Translations under genes and position numbers: made by a program | DNA from: an uncultured Chloroflexia bacterium | GTDB lineage: Bacteria; Chloroflexota; UBA6077; JACCZL01 | Length of the DNA stretch: 64,000 bases | Assembly (NCBI GenBank): GCA_963765765.1 | Contig: CAVXYC010000026.1 | Span: forward strand, 1-64,000 | Direction of reading: 5' to 3' | In this document: positions 43,577 through 54,177 of the stretch, in pieces | How the letters are laid out: each line of letters starts with the position of its first letter | Numbering within the stretch: the first letter of the stretch is position 1 | Notes under the pieces: model-generated | Databases searched by the model: none | Told to the model about the DNA's origin: nothing | Seen by the model: the letters and a program-made list of their open reading frames with translations, nothing else

Positions 43577-43873
43577 ATGGCTCGGATGAAGACGGTTGGT
43601 CCGGAGGCAAAACAACGCCTCAGGAACGTTGGTAAGGGCTATGTAGAACGACAGCCATACCGGGACGCAATTAGTACGCTGGTCGGAGACCAGAATATAG
43701 AAGTGGAACCAGAGTCAGGCGAGACGCTACGTAAGTTGAAACTGATGGTCCGTCGAGCGGCAAGGGAAATCGGACAAGAAATCGACTACGGCGTGACCGT
43801 TCAAGACACGCTACTCGTCTGGATTGCTCAGCCCAAGCAGCGTCGACGTCGAGGCCGACCCGCACTGGCATAA
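43577..43873 (+). CDS. Hypothetical basic protein
   Basis: GAGG RBS, ATG 43577, ends in 'RRRRGRP'. Followed by a hairpin. Confidence 0.65.
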   Translation: MARMKTVGPEAKQRLRNVGKGYVERQPYRDAISTLVGDQNIEVEPESGETLRKLKLMVRRAAREIGQEIDYGVTVQDTLLVWIAQPKQRRRRGRPALA

Positions 43874-43894
43874 GTCGCACGCGTATCGCCAATC

Positions 43895-43929
43895 CCACAA
43901 TGCCGCGCGTCAATTGCGCGGCATTGTGG
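43895..43929 (+). terminator. Stem-loop after the 43577-43873 gene
   Basis: CCACAATGCCGCGC-7nt-GCGCGGCATTGTGG perfect 14-bp stem. No U-tract. Confidence 0.5.
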
Positions 43930-44099
43930 TGTGACAATTGCAACGGATTAGAGCAGTTCTACTTCAAGCCGCTATGGTACTGATCTGGCGCACACGGACG
44001 AATGTTACGAGGTTCAGATGTCCTGAAATGCGCATTGCATGTCGGGTCTCGAGTTTCTTGTTTCACTCGCGCTATTCTGACCGCTAGCGTTTTCGCATT

Positions 44100-44790
44100 C
44101 TGCAGTAGGCATCACAGCGGCACCTTGAGCGTTGTGATGTGGGACCACCAGACAGAATCATGGTGGCAGCACGTCAGCGGTCAAGGATTGTCGACGCAAA
44201 CTGTCCACAACAGCTTGTTCCCATCGCATCAATAGCCACGTCGTTTGCTGAATTTCAGCGAGTGCATCCAACGGGCACCGTGCATTCAGGGAGACGAGTT
44301 TTTAAGGCAGCTACGGTGGGAATCCGGCCAGCGGATATGGCAACCGTGGGGCGCAGCCGTTCCTCTTGGAAGGACTATTCGACAGTCGCCTGGGACCGAT
44401 GGACAGAGTCGTCGGCGTCGCGCTGGGCGCTGAGTCCGCCGCGTATCAGCTTGCCCGACTGGCTCAGCTTAGACCCATTAATGCTGTCGTGGACGGGCAG
44501 GACATCGGCGTCCTATGGTCCCGTGGCACGGTGTCCGCGCTCGACCACTATGACATCGCATCATCGCGGGATGTCGGATCGGCGGCCGTATTTAGCCGGA
44601 TTGTTGATGGCGTGACGCTCAGCTCACTCGCGAGGCGAGCGTTCTGGTTGACGCCGAGACGGGAAGTCAGTGGAGTGTGCGCGGCTATACCGTTGCTGGC
44701 CTGCTGGCCGGGCGACGACTCATGCCCACGGTGCATGGGAACCCTTTCTGCTCGCATGGTATCTGTTGAATCCGTCGACGCGACTGTGGA
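44100..44790 (+). pseudogene. DUF3179-family gene remnant
   Basis: 'VMWDHQTESWWQH.SG', 'TSFAEF...HP', 'GTVSALD..DIASSRDVGSAAVFSR', 'VDAETGSQW' spread over several frames. Confidence 0.6.
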
Positions 44791-44841
44791 CTAGTTGAGT
44801 CTTGCGAGACTGATTGGCGGGCTGAATTCGTCCTTACCAAT

Positions 44842-44873
44842 GGGGAGAGAAACCCACGACGGGTCCTCTCCCC
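44842..44873 (-). terminator. Stem-loop downstream of class II aldolase gene
   Basis: GGGGAGAG..ACCC / GGGT..CTCTCCCC hairpin immediately after the stop. Confidence 0.45.
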
Positions 44874-44880
44874 TTGGAGG

Positions 44881-45660
44881 TTAGTTCAAATCACGAGAGA
44901 CGATTTCAGCGTAGTGGTTGAAGACGGCGTTGCCGGCTTGTCGATGCTGGTCCGCGTTCTGCCCTGCGAAGTGGGGGAGCTGTTCGAACGGGATGGTACC
45001 CGCGAACACCTGGTCTACGAGTTCTTGTGGGATCGTCGGGTAATTCGGGCCGGCGGCACAATACGCGTACCAGTTCATCTTGGCCTGTTCTTCCAGACCA
45101 AGCGCGCCTCCAACGACCTCGCCCATGGAATTGCCAGCCACGACGACGCCGTGCCCGAGCAGGAGCATGGCAGGATTGTTACCCAGGGTGGCGGCAACCT
45201 CCTGGCCCTCTTCCTCGCTCTGGATGATCTTGTAGAGCCGCATCATGTTGATGGGGTGCTTCAGAATGTTCATTCCCTGGCCGCCGGCCATGACGCGGAT
45301 CGGCGTTCCGAGAATGGTCATGAGCACGGTGAACTGAGGATGAACGTGCACCACGGCCTGCACGTCAGGTCGAGCCTTGTAGATACATGAGTGAATCTTC
45401 ACTTCGTAACACTGGGTGCTGTTGGGCGGGCCATCCAGCTTGTTGCCTTCGAGGTCACACAGAATCATGTCCTCGGGCATCATGCGTGGAAGCGCGTCGA
45501 TCTTGTAGCCGCGGCCCTTGACATAGAACTTGTCTGGCTCGCCTGGTAGGCGCATGCTGACGTGGCCCAGTGAGATCGTAGGCCCGTTGGCCAGCCCGAC
45601 CTCGGTCAGTACGCGATTCGCGATCGCAACGTTCTTTCGAACCTCTTCTCGTTCAGTCAT
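44881..45660 (-). CDS. Class II aldolase/adducin family protein
   Basis: 'GHVSMR', 'EVKIHSCIYKARPDVQAVVHVHP', 'LLLGHGVVVAG'. Confidence 0.92.
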   Translation of the reverse strand: MTEREEVRKNVAIANRVLTEVGLANGPTISLGHVSMRLPGEPDKFYVKGRGYKIDALPRMMPEDMILCDLEGNKLDGPPNSTQCYEVKIHSCIYKARPDVQAVVHVHPQFTVLMTILGTPIRVMAGGQGMNILKHPINMMRLYKIIQSEEEGQEVAATLGNNPAMLLLGHGVVVAGNSMGEVVGGALGLEEQAKMNWYAYCAAGPNYPTIPQELVDQVFAGTIPFEQLPHFAGQNADQHRQAGNAVFNHYAEIVSRDLN

Positions 45661-45951
45661 GAGGTGTCCTCCCGAACGGGGCTCAGGATAGCACTAGCCA
45701 ACCAGTGCGCGTGGCCGTGCTCGCGGCGCGGGTTGCAGCGGACACAGGTCCACACCAATGCATGTAGTGAGCACTTCAGCGCTTTTTTCAGCGATTGCGG
45801 AGAGGGAGCGTAGCGTCGAGGACTCCGACGCGGCCTTTCGGATCAGGATCGCCTAGTACATCAACATTGAGTTCGAAGCCCGTATCGTTGAAAGCGCTGA
45901 TGCGCCACTACGAAAGCTATTGCTTCATCTGGGCGTGGGCGAGAGGGGGTC

Positions 45952-46776
45952 CTAGGTGGTGTTCCGCGCAAGCACGGCCAGCATGGCTCTCATGCCGGCA
46001 AGATTGCGGTTGAATTCTGGGTCCCCTGGGCTGGTGAGCTCGAGAAAGATCCCATTGATTCCTTGTTCGCTCAACCAGCTACTGGTGGTGCCGCTGGCGC
46101 GATACCCGAGCAATCGCTGGCCGCTGCCTGGCACCGGTCGGTAGTAGCCGCTGGCACTTTCGTACGCATCGGCCAGAGCTCCCCCGATCCCGTCGCGGCC
46201 ACCGAACATGAATCCGCCGGCGCTGTGGTAGTTCACCACCATGATCGGACGCTGCTGGATGACGAACTCTGCGAGGGCGCGAGTCTCCTGTTCAGAGAAT
46301 GGCTCGGGTCCTCCCAGACCTCGTTCAAAGCGCCCATTGCTGTCGTACCCGTCAGGCTCCCAGCTTGGTCCGCCCCAATTGCGATTCGGGTCCACTCCGC
46401 TGAGGAACCTGCGCGTGCCCGCCACAAGACCGTCGGGATTCGCCCGCGGCAGGAATGCAAGGGTTACGGATGATGGAACCTCGCCAGGGTTCTCTGCGAA
46501 ATACTCGAGCAGAGCCTGTGTGAGTCGGTAAGTATTGATCTCAGGACCGCCGTGCTGAGCGCCCAGAAGAAGCACGAGGTTCGGGCCGTCGCCCAGTCGA
46601 TATACCATCAACGGCAAGCCGCCCTGAGAAAAACCGATAGGCTCAGGCGTGGGAAGCACCCCCGCCGCTGAGCTCGCGGACCAGCCCGAGAAAAGCAACA
46701 AGATAGAAAGGCAGGTTGCTGTCAGGACGTATTGCAATCGCATTATGATCGATTGTATCAGGGGGCTTCGATCCAT
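45952..46776 (-). CDS. M14 zinc carboxypeptidase (MpaA-like), signal peptide
   Basis: 'QHGGPE', 'NPDG', 'GVDPNRNW', 'PFSEQET', 'NYHS'. True start may be the second Met (~46743). Confidence 0.88.
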   Translation of the reverse strand: MDRSPLIQSIIMRLQYVLTATCLSILLLFSGWSASSAAGVLPTPEPIGFSQGGLPLMVYRLGDGPNLVLLLGAQHGGPEINTYRLTQALLEYFAENPGEVPSSVTLAFLPRANPDGLVAGTRRFLSGVDPNRNWGGPSWEPDGYDSNGRFERGLGGPEPFSEQETRALAEFVIQQRPIMVVNYHSAGGFMFGGRDGIGGALADAYESASGYYRPVPGSGQRLLGYRASGTTSSWLSEQGINGIFLELTSPGDPEFNRNLAGMRAMLAVLARNTT

Positions 46777-46786
46777 TATCTAAGAG

Positions 46787-46816
46787 TTGACTGGCTGATT
46801 ACCGACTCGTAATAAT
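46787..46816 (+). promoter_or_regulatory. Putative sigma70-type promoter of MarR gene
   Basis: TTGACT-N17-TAATAA(T) in an AT-rich island about 30 nt before ATG 46844. Confidence 0.5.
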
Positions 46817-46843
46817 CAATTAGAAATCATCAAAGTAAATTTC

Positions 46844-47356
46844 ATGGCAATCGAATCAACCACCGATGCGCGCGAGCAGCTCATAGATCACATTCTGGAG
46901 CTGGAGCCGGAGATGTTCCGCGCAATGGGCCCAGTCGAGCCCAATCCCTGGCTTGATGTCGATGTAAGCATGTCTCAGCTCAAGGTGCTCATGGCGCTGG
47001 CCTGGGCTGATCCTGAGGGGCCAGCGCAGGGCCTCCGCATGTCGGACCTATCGCGCTACCTCGGGGTAACTCCCGCGACAGTGACCGTGGTGGTTGATCG
47101 ACTGGAGGAGCGCGGCCTTGTGGAGCGCCAGCATGATGCGCAGGACCGCAGGCAGCATCGCTGCATGCTCACAGCGACGGCTCAGGACATGATGGCGCGC
47201 ATCTGTGAGAGCGCGCGTTTGCGCACCCGTCGATTGCTGGCCGAGCTAACCGCGGATGAGCTGCAAATCGTCGAGCAGGGAATGCAGCTACTGATTCGCT
47301 CGGCTCTTCAAACAACTCGTTCGAAAGCGGCAGTTGAGACACGCTCGATTGAATGA
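46844..47356 (+). CDS. MarR-family transcriptional regulator
   Basis: 'SMSQLKVL', 'MSDLSRYLGVTPATVTVVVDRLEERGLVER..D.QDRR'. Confidence 0.92.
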   Translation: MAIESTTDAREQLIDHILELEPEMFRAMGPVEPNPWLDVDVSMSQLKVLMALAWADPEGPAQGLRMSDLSRYLGVTPATVTVVVDRLEERGLVERQHDAQDRRQHRCMLTATAQDMMARICESARLRTRRLLAELTADELQIVEQGMQLLIRSALQTTRSKAAVETRSIE

Positions 47357-47564
47357 ATCGCCCCTTAGATAACGGCCTACGGCCGGGCGCTAAGTCTCTT
47401 CATCGCCAGCGAGCCAATTAAACGCGGCACGGCGTTTCTTATCCGAGTCGTCGGGAGCAAACGGATTTGGAGCGGTGCTCGCTTTATTTTCCGTGGAGAG
47501 AAAGGGGTTCGCTGGCTCATTCTTCTGACGTTCTTTGATGTCTGAGAAGAATGGATTGTTGGGA

Positions 47565-47933
47565 TCAACCTGGGGCTTTGCTCGCTCTTCTTTGATGCTC
47601 GCCGGCAGGGAGGAGTGCCAGCCATTGTGCGATCAACCCTGTGGAGACCGCGCTCGCCGGTTGGCCATCGAACGTACTTTCGAACGTGCTCACGAGATCC
47701 GCTTCCGGAGGCGCCGTACTGCGGGAAGATTCCGTGGAGCGATTGGTTTGGCGAACGATCAAATGGTGGTTGTCAAACTTTACTTCCAGGTCAACGTGCT
47801 CGAAGCCATGAAAGTCGAGGTCATCCCGGTGAACCTGTGCGCCGTGGGCACGCAGGTAATTCACCGTCATCCGATCCAGGCCGTCCTGGACGCGCCGCGC
47901 AAGCTCTTCGTGGTCGTAGGTAAAGAGATCCAT
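47565..47933 (-). CDS. Hypothetical protein
   Basis: 122-aa ORF with plausible codon usage. No motif recognised. Confidence 0.45.
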   Translation of the reverse strand: MDLFTYDHEELARRVQDGLDRMTVNYLRAHGAQVHRDDLDFHGFEHVDLEVKFDNHHLIVRQTNRSTESSRSTAPPEADLVSTFESTFDGQPASAVSTGLIAQWLALLPAGEHQRRASKAPG

Positions 47934-48153
47934 AGTCGCAACTCTCGATTTACTCTACTGCAATCTCCTCGTCCCGGCGAGTTTTTTGGCGGCAGCAGAA
48001 TCGCATTTCTTTCAGCGTGCGGTCCCTCTCATCATTACGAAATCCGTTGATGTCGGGGGGCGGCCGGGTAAGTCACCTTGAAACCCCGCTATGCTTGTGA
48101 GGACCATTCTTGGACTCGCGTTCAGGGAATTCTGAGATACGGAGCGTACGAGC

Positions 48154-48543
48154 ATGCCACGACGGATCGTCATCGAAGCCGCTGACCTCCCGCACCATTC
48201 CAACCCGATTCCCACAGCAGTGAAGATCGGCAACATGGTCTTCTCATCAGCGCTCTTCGGCCACGATCCGAAGACCCAGCAGCTACCGGACGATCCGGAC
48301 GCTCAGGTCGGCAATGTCTTCCGCTCGGTGCGGCGTGTCATGGAGGAAGCCGGTGGAAGCGTGAGCGACATTGCCAAGATGACGGTCTACCTGAGAGACA
48401 TGCAGCTTCGCGATCTTGTCAACCGCGAATGGCTGAAGATGTTTCCGGAAGAGGACGATCGCCCAGTCCGGCACACGATGCCTATGGCCACCGGTGGCAG
48501 TGCGCTCATTCAGGTAGAGCTCATTGCGGTGTTAGGGAGTTAA
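48154..48543 (+). CDS. RidA/YjgF/UK114 family protein
   Basis: 'NPIPTAVKIGNMVFSS', 'IAKMTVYL', 'VNREW..MFP...RPVRH', 'IQVELIAV'. Confidence 0.9.
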   Translation: MPRRIVIEAADLPHHSNPIPTAVKIGNMVFSSALFGHDPKTQQLPDDPDAQVGNVFRSVRRVMEEAGGSVSDIAKMTVYLRDMQLRDLVNREWLKMFPEEDDRPVRHTMPMATGGSALIQVELIAVLGS

Positions 48544-48594
48544 GAGCTCACAGTAACGCACTTCGGCAAAGCGGACACTGTGAACTGCCAACTT

Positions 48595-50341
48595 CTAAGT
48601 TCGTTCTCGCGCCAGCCTGAAGCCGAGCGCACGGGCGCCCAAGGTGACGAGCAGTACGAAAAGCGTCACCAGCACCCCAATGGCGGTGCCGCGCTCCATC
48701 TCTCCAGCGAAACTGTATTCCAGCATGAGGATGGAGAGCGGACGCGACTGCGCACTGTAGAGCAGCGCCGTCGTGCCGATGTCTCGGATCGAGGAAAGAA
48801 ATGCCAGAAGCCCAACCGTCACGGCCGTGGGTGCCAGGAGCGGCAGCAGCACCTTCCTATACGACGTGAGCCAGCCCGCTCCGCAGACGCGTGCGCTCTG
48901 CTCGAGCTCGGCCCCGATCTGCATGATCCCTGCCTTAAAGAAGAGCGTAGCCACGGGGCTGTCCTTTATCACCATGGCCACGATGATTCCGGTGGTTGTG
49001 CCGTAGAGGAGCCCGCGCAGGTCTGTCGCCAGGAAGAGCCACAATAAGCCAAGGCTCATCAGAATTCCGGGGACTGCCCAGGGCACCCAGACGAGCAAGT
49101 CAGCCGTCTGCGTGGCCTTTGACCGGTTTCGCACGATTGCGTAGGCGACCAGCGAGTATATGACGATCGACCCCAGTCCTACTCCAAAGGCGATGATGAG
49201 ACTGTTGCGCACTGAGCCGAAAAACACCGGATCGCCGAAGAGATTCTGCCAGTGCGCCAGCGTCCAGGGATTGGGAATGTTGAAGAAACCGTACCGGCGC
49301 ATGAACGAACCGAGCACCAGGAACACCAGCGGCGCCAACAGAGAGACCACGAAGAACCCGTAGCACATTGCTACGGCCGGCCATTTCCATTTACCGAGTC
49401 GCACGGGGTTCGATGAGAAACCCTGACCGGTGACTGTCGTGAATGTGCGGCTCTTGATGTACCACTGGTAGAGCAGCGCCAGGCCCATGAGCGTGAGCAG
49501 GAAGACGAACCCCAATGCGGTTGCCTCGCCGAACTTGGGTGGCTGCTCCCGAACAAGGTCCCAGATACGCGTGGAATAGACCTGGATTCCGGCCGGCTTA
49601 CCGAGAAGCAGCTCTACTTCGAAGACCTCGAGACTGCGAACAAAGGAGAGCACCGCGATTCCGAGCGCGGCCGGCGCCAGCACGGGTAGCGTGACCCGAA
49701 GTGTCGTGATGAACTGGTTGGCGCCACAGACTCGTGCTGCCTCTTCCAACGATGCGCCTACTCGACGTAATGCTGGAAGCAAGAGAACGACCTTGTAGTA
49801 AACACCGGTGGAAGCCAGGTGGACCCAGATGATGCCCCAGAAGCTATAGATGTTGAAGACGCCGCCATCGATAAACGGAAGCTGATTGAGCGCGTCATTG
49901 ATCAGGCCGAATTTTGGATCCAACAACAGGATCCAGCCAAACGTCAGCGGGAGGTGGGGGAGGAAGATTCCGATCCAGCACAGCAGCTCGAGTCCGGTTC
50001 GTCCGGGCAGGTCGCTTCGGGCAATCAGCCAGGCCAGGGTGAACGCTATCGGGAGTGAAATTAAAGTGCGCAGTCCGCCCAGTGCCACGCTGTTCCAGAG
50101 TGACATAAAGGTTCCGCTGTCGCTGAACGCGGTGATCCAGTTCTGGACCCCGTAGACAGATTCTCGACCCGGGAAGGGATAGGTTGAAGCTATTGATCAG
50201 GAGTAGCACGAGTGGCAGCGCAACGATGATGCCGACAAGGAGCGGCAGTACATTGCCAATTAGACGCCGCGCGCGCAGCTCCGTACCGGACTGCGCCTTG
50301 AACGTCGGAGCAGTGACGATCGTCGCGCTCACTGGGGCCAC
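48595..50341 (-). CDS. Fe3+/FbpB-type ABC transporter permease (two EAA repeats); frameshift near 50160
   Basis: 'LEEAARVCGA' and 'LEQSARVCGA' EAA loops. About 12 TM segments. Confidence 0.9.
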
Positions 50342-51459
50342 ACCGACGCGCCCGTCGTATCGATCACCAGATCGACCTGGGTGCCAATAGGGAATTGCTG
50401 CCGGCGTGAGCTGAATACAAAGAGCGACCGACCGGACGCCGTGCGCACGTTGTACTCCACACGCTCGCCGAGATATGCGGCCTCCTCAACGGTGGCCACG
50501 AGCCGGTTTGGCGCCGCGTCACCGACGGCCTCCAGACGCACATCCTCTGGGCGGCACGAGACGGCGATCGGAACGGCATCACCAGTGATTGGCAGATCGC
50601 TTCCGTCCACAATGAGTGTGCGGTTCTGCTCGCCGCTCAGGGTCACGTGCAGGCGTCCGCCCTCGCGTCGCCCCACACCTTCGAGCACAAGCGCGCGGCC
50701 GAGGAAATCACGCACAAATGTCGAGGCGGGTCGCTCGTAGACTTCATCTGGCGGACCGACCTGCTCGAAGTGCCCACTGTTCATCACAGCCACGCGATCA
50801 GACATCGTCATGGCTTCCGCCTGGTCGTGCGTAACAAACAGGACCGTCATACCGAGTCGCCGCTGGATGCTACGGAGCTCCAATCGCATGTGCTCACGAA
50901 GCTTCGCGTCCAGGTTGGAGAGCGGCTCATCGAGGAGCAAGATATCTGGCCGATACACGAGCGCGCGGGCCAACGCCACACGCTGTTGCTGTCCACCGCT
51001 CAGGGTTGTGGCCGGACGCTCACCGAGTCCGGCGAGGCCGACGATCTCCAGCGATTCTTCTACCCGCCCGCGAAGCTCCTCATTGGACATCTTTCGCAGT
51101 CTCAAGGGGAAGGCAATATTCTCGAAGACCGTGAAGTGCGGCCAGATGGCGTAGCTCTGGAAGACCATGCCCATGTTACGCCGCTCTGGCGGGAGATACA
51201 GGCCCTTCTTCGCGGACACGATGGTGTGCCCGGTGAGGAAAAGCTCGCCATCTTCCGGATGCTCCAGGCCGGCGACGATGCGCAGCGTCGTGCTTTTGCC
51301 ACAGCCGCTCGGTCCGAGAAGTGTGAACACCTCGCCCCGTTGGATCGTGAACGAGAGCTTGTCCACCGCGCGCACTGAGCCGTATTGCTTGACCACGTCG
51401 CGGAGCTCCAGCACCGTGTCGGTGCCGACGCCGGCCGGCGCGATGGTTGCAGCCATCAT
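50329..51459 (-). CDS. ABC transporter ATP-binding protein (FbpC/PotA type, TOBE domain)
   Basis: GPSGCGKS, LSGGQQQRVALARA, LLLDEP, VTHDQ. Confidence 0.95.
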   Translation of the reverse strand: MMAATIAPAGVGTDTVLELRDVVKQYGSVRAVDKLSFTIQRGEVFTLLGPSGCGKSTTLRIVAGLEHPEDGELFLTGHTIVSAKKGLYLPPERRNMGMVFQSYAIWPHFTVFENIAFPLRLRKMSNEELRGRVEESLEIVGLAGLGERPATTLSGGQQQRVALARALVYRPDILLLDEPLSNLDAKLREHMRLELRSIQRRLGMTVLFVTHDQAEAMTMSDRVAVMNSGHFEQVGPPDEVYERPASTFVRDFLGRALVLEGVGRREGGRLHVTLSGEQNRTLIVDGSDLPITGDAVPIAVSCRPEDVRLEAVGDAAPNRLVATVEEAAYLGERVEYNVRTASGRSLFVFSSRRQQFPIGTQVDLVIDTTGASVWPQ

Positions 51460-52703
51460 TTCGCCGTGAGCCGCTTGATGCGCTCCAGCGCCTCAGGACT
51501 TCGCTCGCGCGATGTGAACTCCCACGAGTAGATATCGAAGTAGTTTTGCCCGGCCTTTGGCACTGTGTAGTCTGGCGACCAGCTATTGTCCACGTCGGTG
51601 CGGTTACTCACGCTTACCTGGGCCTTGTTATAGACCTCGCTACCTTCCTTGCCAGCCATCCAGTTGACGAACAGCTTGGCCGCATTCGGGTGGGCAGGCT
51701 TATTGATCAGTGCCATCAGGCCAAAACCGGCGCTTACGGTGCCCGCGGCGTCAGGCAGGTCTCGCACCACCACGATGTTGAACCCATCCGTCTTGAGCGG
51801 CTCGAGCTCCGACGCGTTGAGCCCGAGACTGACGGGGTACTGGCCTCGGGCGAGCCAGTCTGAGAGCTGACGCTCCTCGCGGCTGACGCCCGGCTCCTGA
51901 TCTCGATAGAGGGCGCGGAAGTAGTCGTCGCCCAGGGCCTCGATGATGTAGGAGCCCGTGGCCGAACCAGGACCCGACACGGTGGGATCGTAGACGGATA
52001 TCTTGCCCTTGTACTTGGGCTCCAGCAGTGTCTTCCAGGACACGATCTCGTTGGGCTGCATGAATTGCGGATTGACGGAGATCTGGAGCGAGAGCTGATT
52101 TGAGAGCCGAAGGATGTACTGATCCTCAGGATCCATAAACCATAGGCTGCCGCGACGCCAGTTGGACCCATCGGCGGCCTCCGGCGTGAACAGCTGCGAC
52201 CTGATTGGATCCAGCATCTTGTCCGGATAGGCCTGGGTGTAGAGAGTGGTAGCCCCGGCGATCATCGCGTCCAGCGTGTACTGACCGGCGGCGCGTTCGG
52301 ACTTGAGCCGGGTCATGAGATCACCGGACCGACCGCCAAGGTACTCGAGCTCGATCCCGAAGCGCTCCTTGAACGCCCTGGGCAGCTCCTGGCGGACGGC
52401 TTGCGTGGGCGGCCCTGAAACGACGACCGTGCCCTCTTTCTTCGCGGCGTCCACGAGCGCGTCCCATTGTTGTTTCCAATCGGTCGCGGCGGCGCCAGAC
52501 ATTGCTTCGGTTGCGGGTTTGACGGCCACCGGCGCCTCTGTCTTTGCTACCGCGGTGGCAGGAGCGCTGGTTGGAGCAGCTGCCGGCTTGGCAGCAGTTG
52601 GCGACGCCGGCGCTGCCGACTGACAGGCAGCGATCAGCATCGACGATCCGCCCAATCCAATCACTCCGATGAATGCGCGTCGGGAAAGACGATCGTTTGA
52701 CAT
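51456..52703 (-). CDS. ABC solute-binding lipoprotein (Fe3+/thiamine-like cluster D), Tat signal
   Basis: 'SRRAFI' Tat motif, lipobox 'IAAC', Pro/Ala linker, 'WDALVDAAKKEG', 'HPNAAKLFVNW'. Confidence 0.9.
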   Translation of the reverse strand: MSNDRLSRRAFIGVIGLGGSSMLIAACQSAAPASPTAAKPAAAPTSAPATAVAKTEAPVAVKPATEAMSGAAATDWKQQWDALVDAAKKEGTVVVSGPPTQAVRQELPRAFKERFGIELEYLGGRSGDLMTRLKSERAAGQYTLDAMIAGATTLYTQAYPDKMLDPIRSQLFTPEAADGSNWRRGSLWFMDPEDQYILRLSNQLSLQISVNPQFMQPNEIVSWKTLLEPKYKGKISVYDPTVSGPGSATGSYIIEALGDDYFRALYRDQEPGVSREERQLSDWLARGQYPVSLGLNASELEPLKTDGFNIVVVRDLPDAAGTVSAGFGLMALINKPAHPNAAKLFVNWMAGKEGSEVYNKAQVSVSNRTDVDNSWSPDYTVPKAGQNYFDIYSWEFTSRERSPEALERIKRLTAK

Positions 52704-52799
52704 TTATTCTGCCCCGTGTGTCGATTGCGTCGGTGTCGGCTTGATTCAGGCACCGTCGAAGAATCGGAATAACGTTGCGCTACGATCGATTCGGAACTC

Positions 52800-54050
52800 T
52801 TACGCCTTGACCGTCAGGCGCTTCATCTTCTCGAGCTCATCGGGGCTGAACCCGTCGAGCGTCCATTGCCAGTCGTACGAGTCAAAGTAGTCCACGCCCG
52901 GCGTGGGCAACATGTAATCGGGGACCCATTCGTTGTTGACGTCGGTGCGGTTGCTGACCGTGACCTGCGATTTGTTGTAGACCTCGCTGCCTTCCTTCAT
53001 TGCGATCCAGTTCAAAAAGAGCTTCGCGGCGTTGGGATGCGGCGCCTTGTTCACAAGCCCGATGAGACCGAAGCCCGCGCTCACAGTGCCGGGCGCGTCG
53101 GGCAGGTCTTTCAATACCTGGATCTTGAAGCCATCCTTCTTGAGAAGCTCTACCTCGTTGGAGCCGGCGCTGAATTGAGATCGGGTAGGTACCGCGCGCG
53201 ATCCAGTCAGACATCTGGCGGTCGTCGCGAGTGATCGATATCTCCTGCCCCTGGTAAAGCGAGCGGACGTAATCCTCGCCGAGCATCTTCATCAAGTAGG
53301 CGGCCGGGGGCCAGCCTGCCCCCGATACCGTCGGATCGTGCGCCGTGATCTTCCCCCGGTACTGCGGGGCCAGCAGATCTTTCCAGAGCTTTATGGGCGC
53401 TGGATCCACGTATTCTGTGTTGACCGTAATGCTGTGCGAGGCATTGTTTGTGATGCGCAGGATGTACTGGTTGTCCGGGTCCATGAACCAGAGCTTGCCG
53501 GCCTTCCATTTGCTGCCATCGCTTGCCTCGGGATTCACAAGTGCCGGCGGAATGGGATCCAGGAGCTTGTTGCCATAGGCTCGCGTGTACATGCTCTGCG
53601 CGCCGGCGATCATGGCATCCAGCGTGTACTGACCCGCCGCGCGCTCAGACTCCACCTTGGTGAGTAGATCGCCAGTTCGGCCACCGAGGTATTCCACTTC
53701 GATTCCGAATCGCTCCTTGAATTTGGCGGGTATCTGCTGGCGCACTTCCGGCGTTGGCGGGCCGGAAGAATGAGGGTGCCCTCTTTCTTAGCCGCTTCGA
53801 TCAAGTCAGTCCAGGACTTTTCCCAACCCGCCGGGGCGGCGGGAGCGGCTGCTTTCGCGGCCGCTGGCGCCTCAGTTGGCTTGGCAGGCGCCGCGGCCTT
53901 TGGCGCGGCTGGAGCCTCGGTGGGCTTGACGGGGCGGCCGCTGGCGGCGCTGACTGGCAGGCTGCCAGGAGCGTGGCGCTGCCAACAGCGAGTGACTTCA
54001 AGAACGATCGTCGATCAATCGACCGCTCACCGGAAAGCCGAATCCCCATG
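52800..54050 (-). CDS. Second, paralogous ABC solute-binding lipoprotein; several frameshifts
   Basis: 'DRRSFLKSL' Tat motif, 'IEAAKKEG', 'FKERFGIEVEYLGGR', 'APHPNAAKLFLNW'. Colinear with the 51456-52703 protein. Confidence 0.85.
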
Positions 54051-54177
54051 CCTAAAGACCTCCGTGGTCTGTCGCCGGAACCTGATGCCGCCACGACGCG
54101 GCGTCCACCGATTATGCCCCCAACTCAGCGTGGCGTGCACACAAAAAATCTTATTGAGGTGCGTACAATGGCGCTCC

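Noticed and set aside
44100-44790. Selenoprotein (UGA read-through) in the DUF3179-like region
   Set aside because: The region holds only C-terminal fragments in several frames. No UxxC/CxxC N-terminal part or SECIS was identified.
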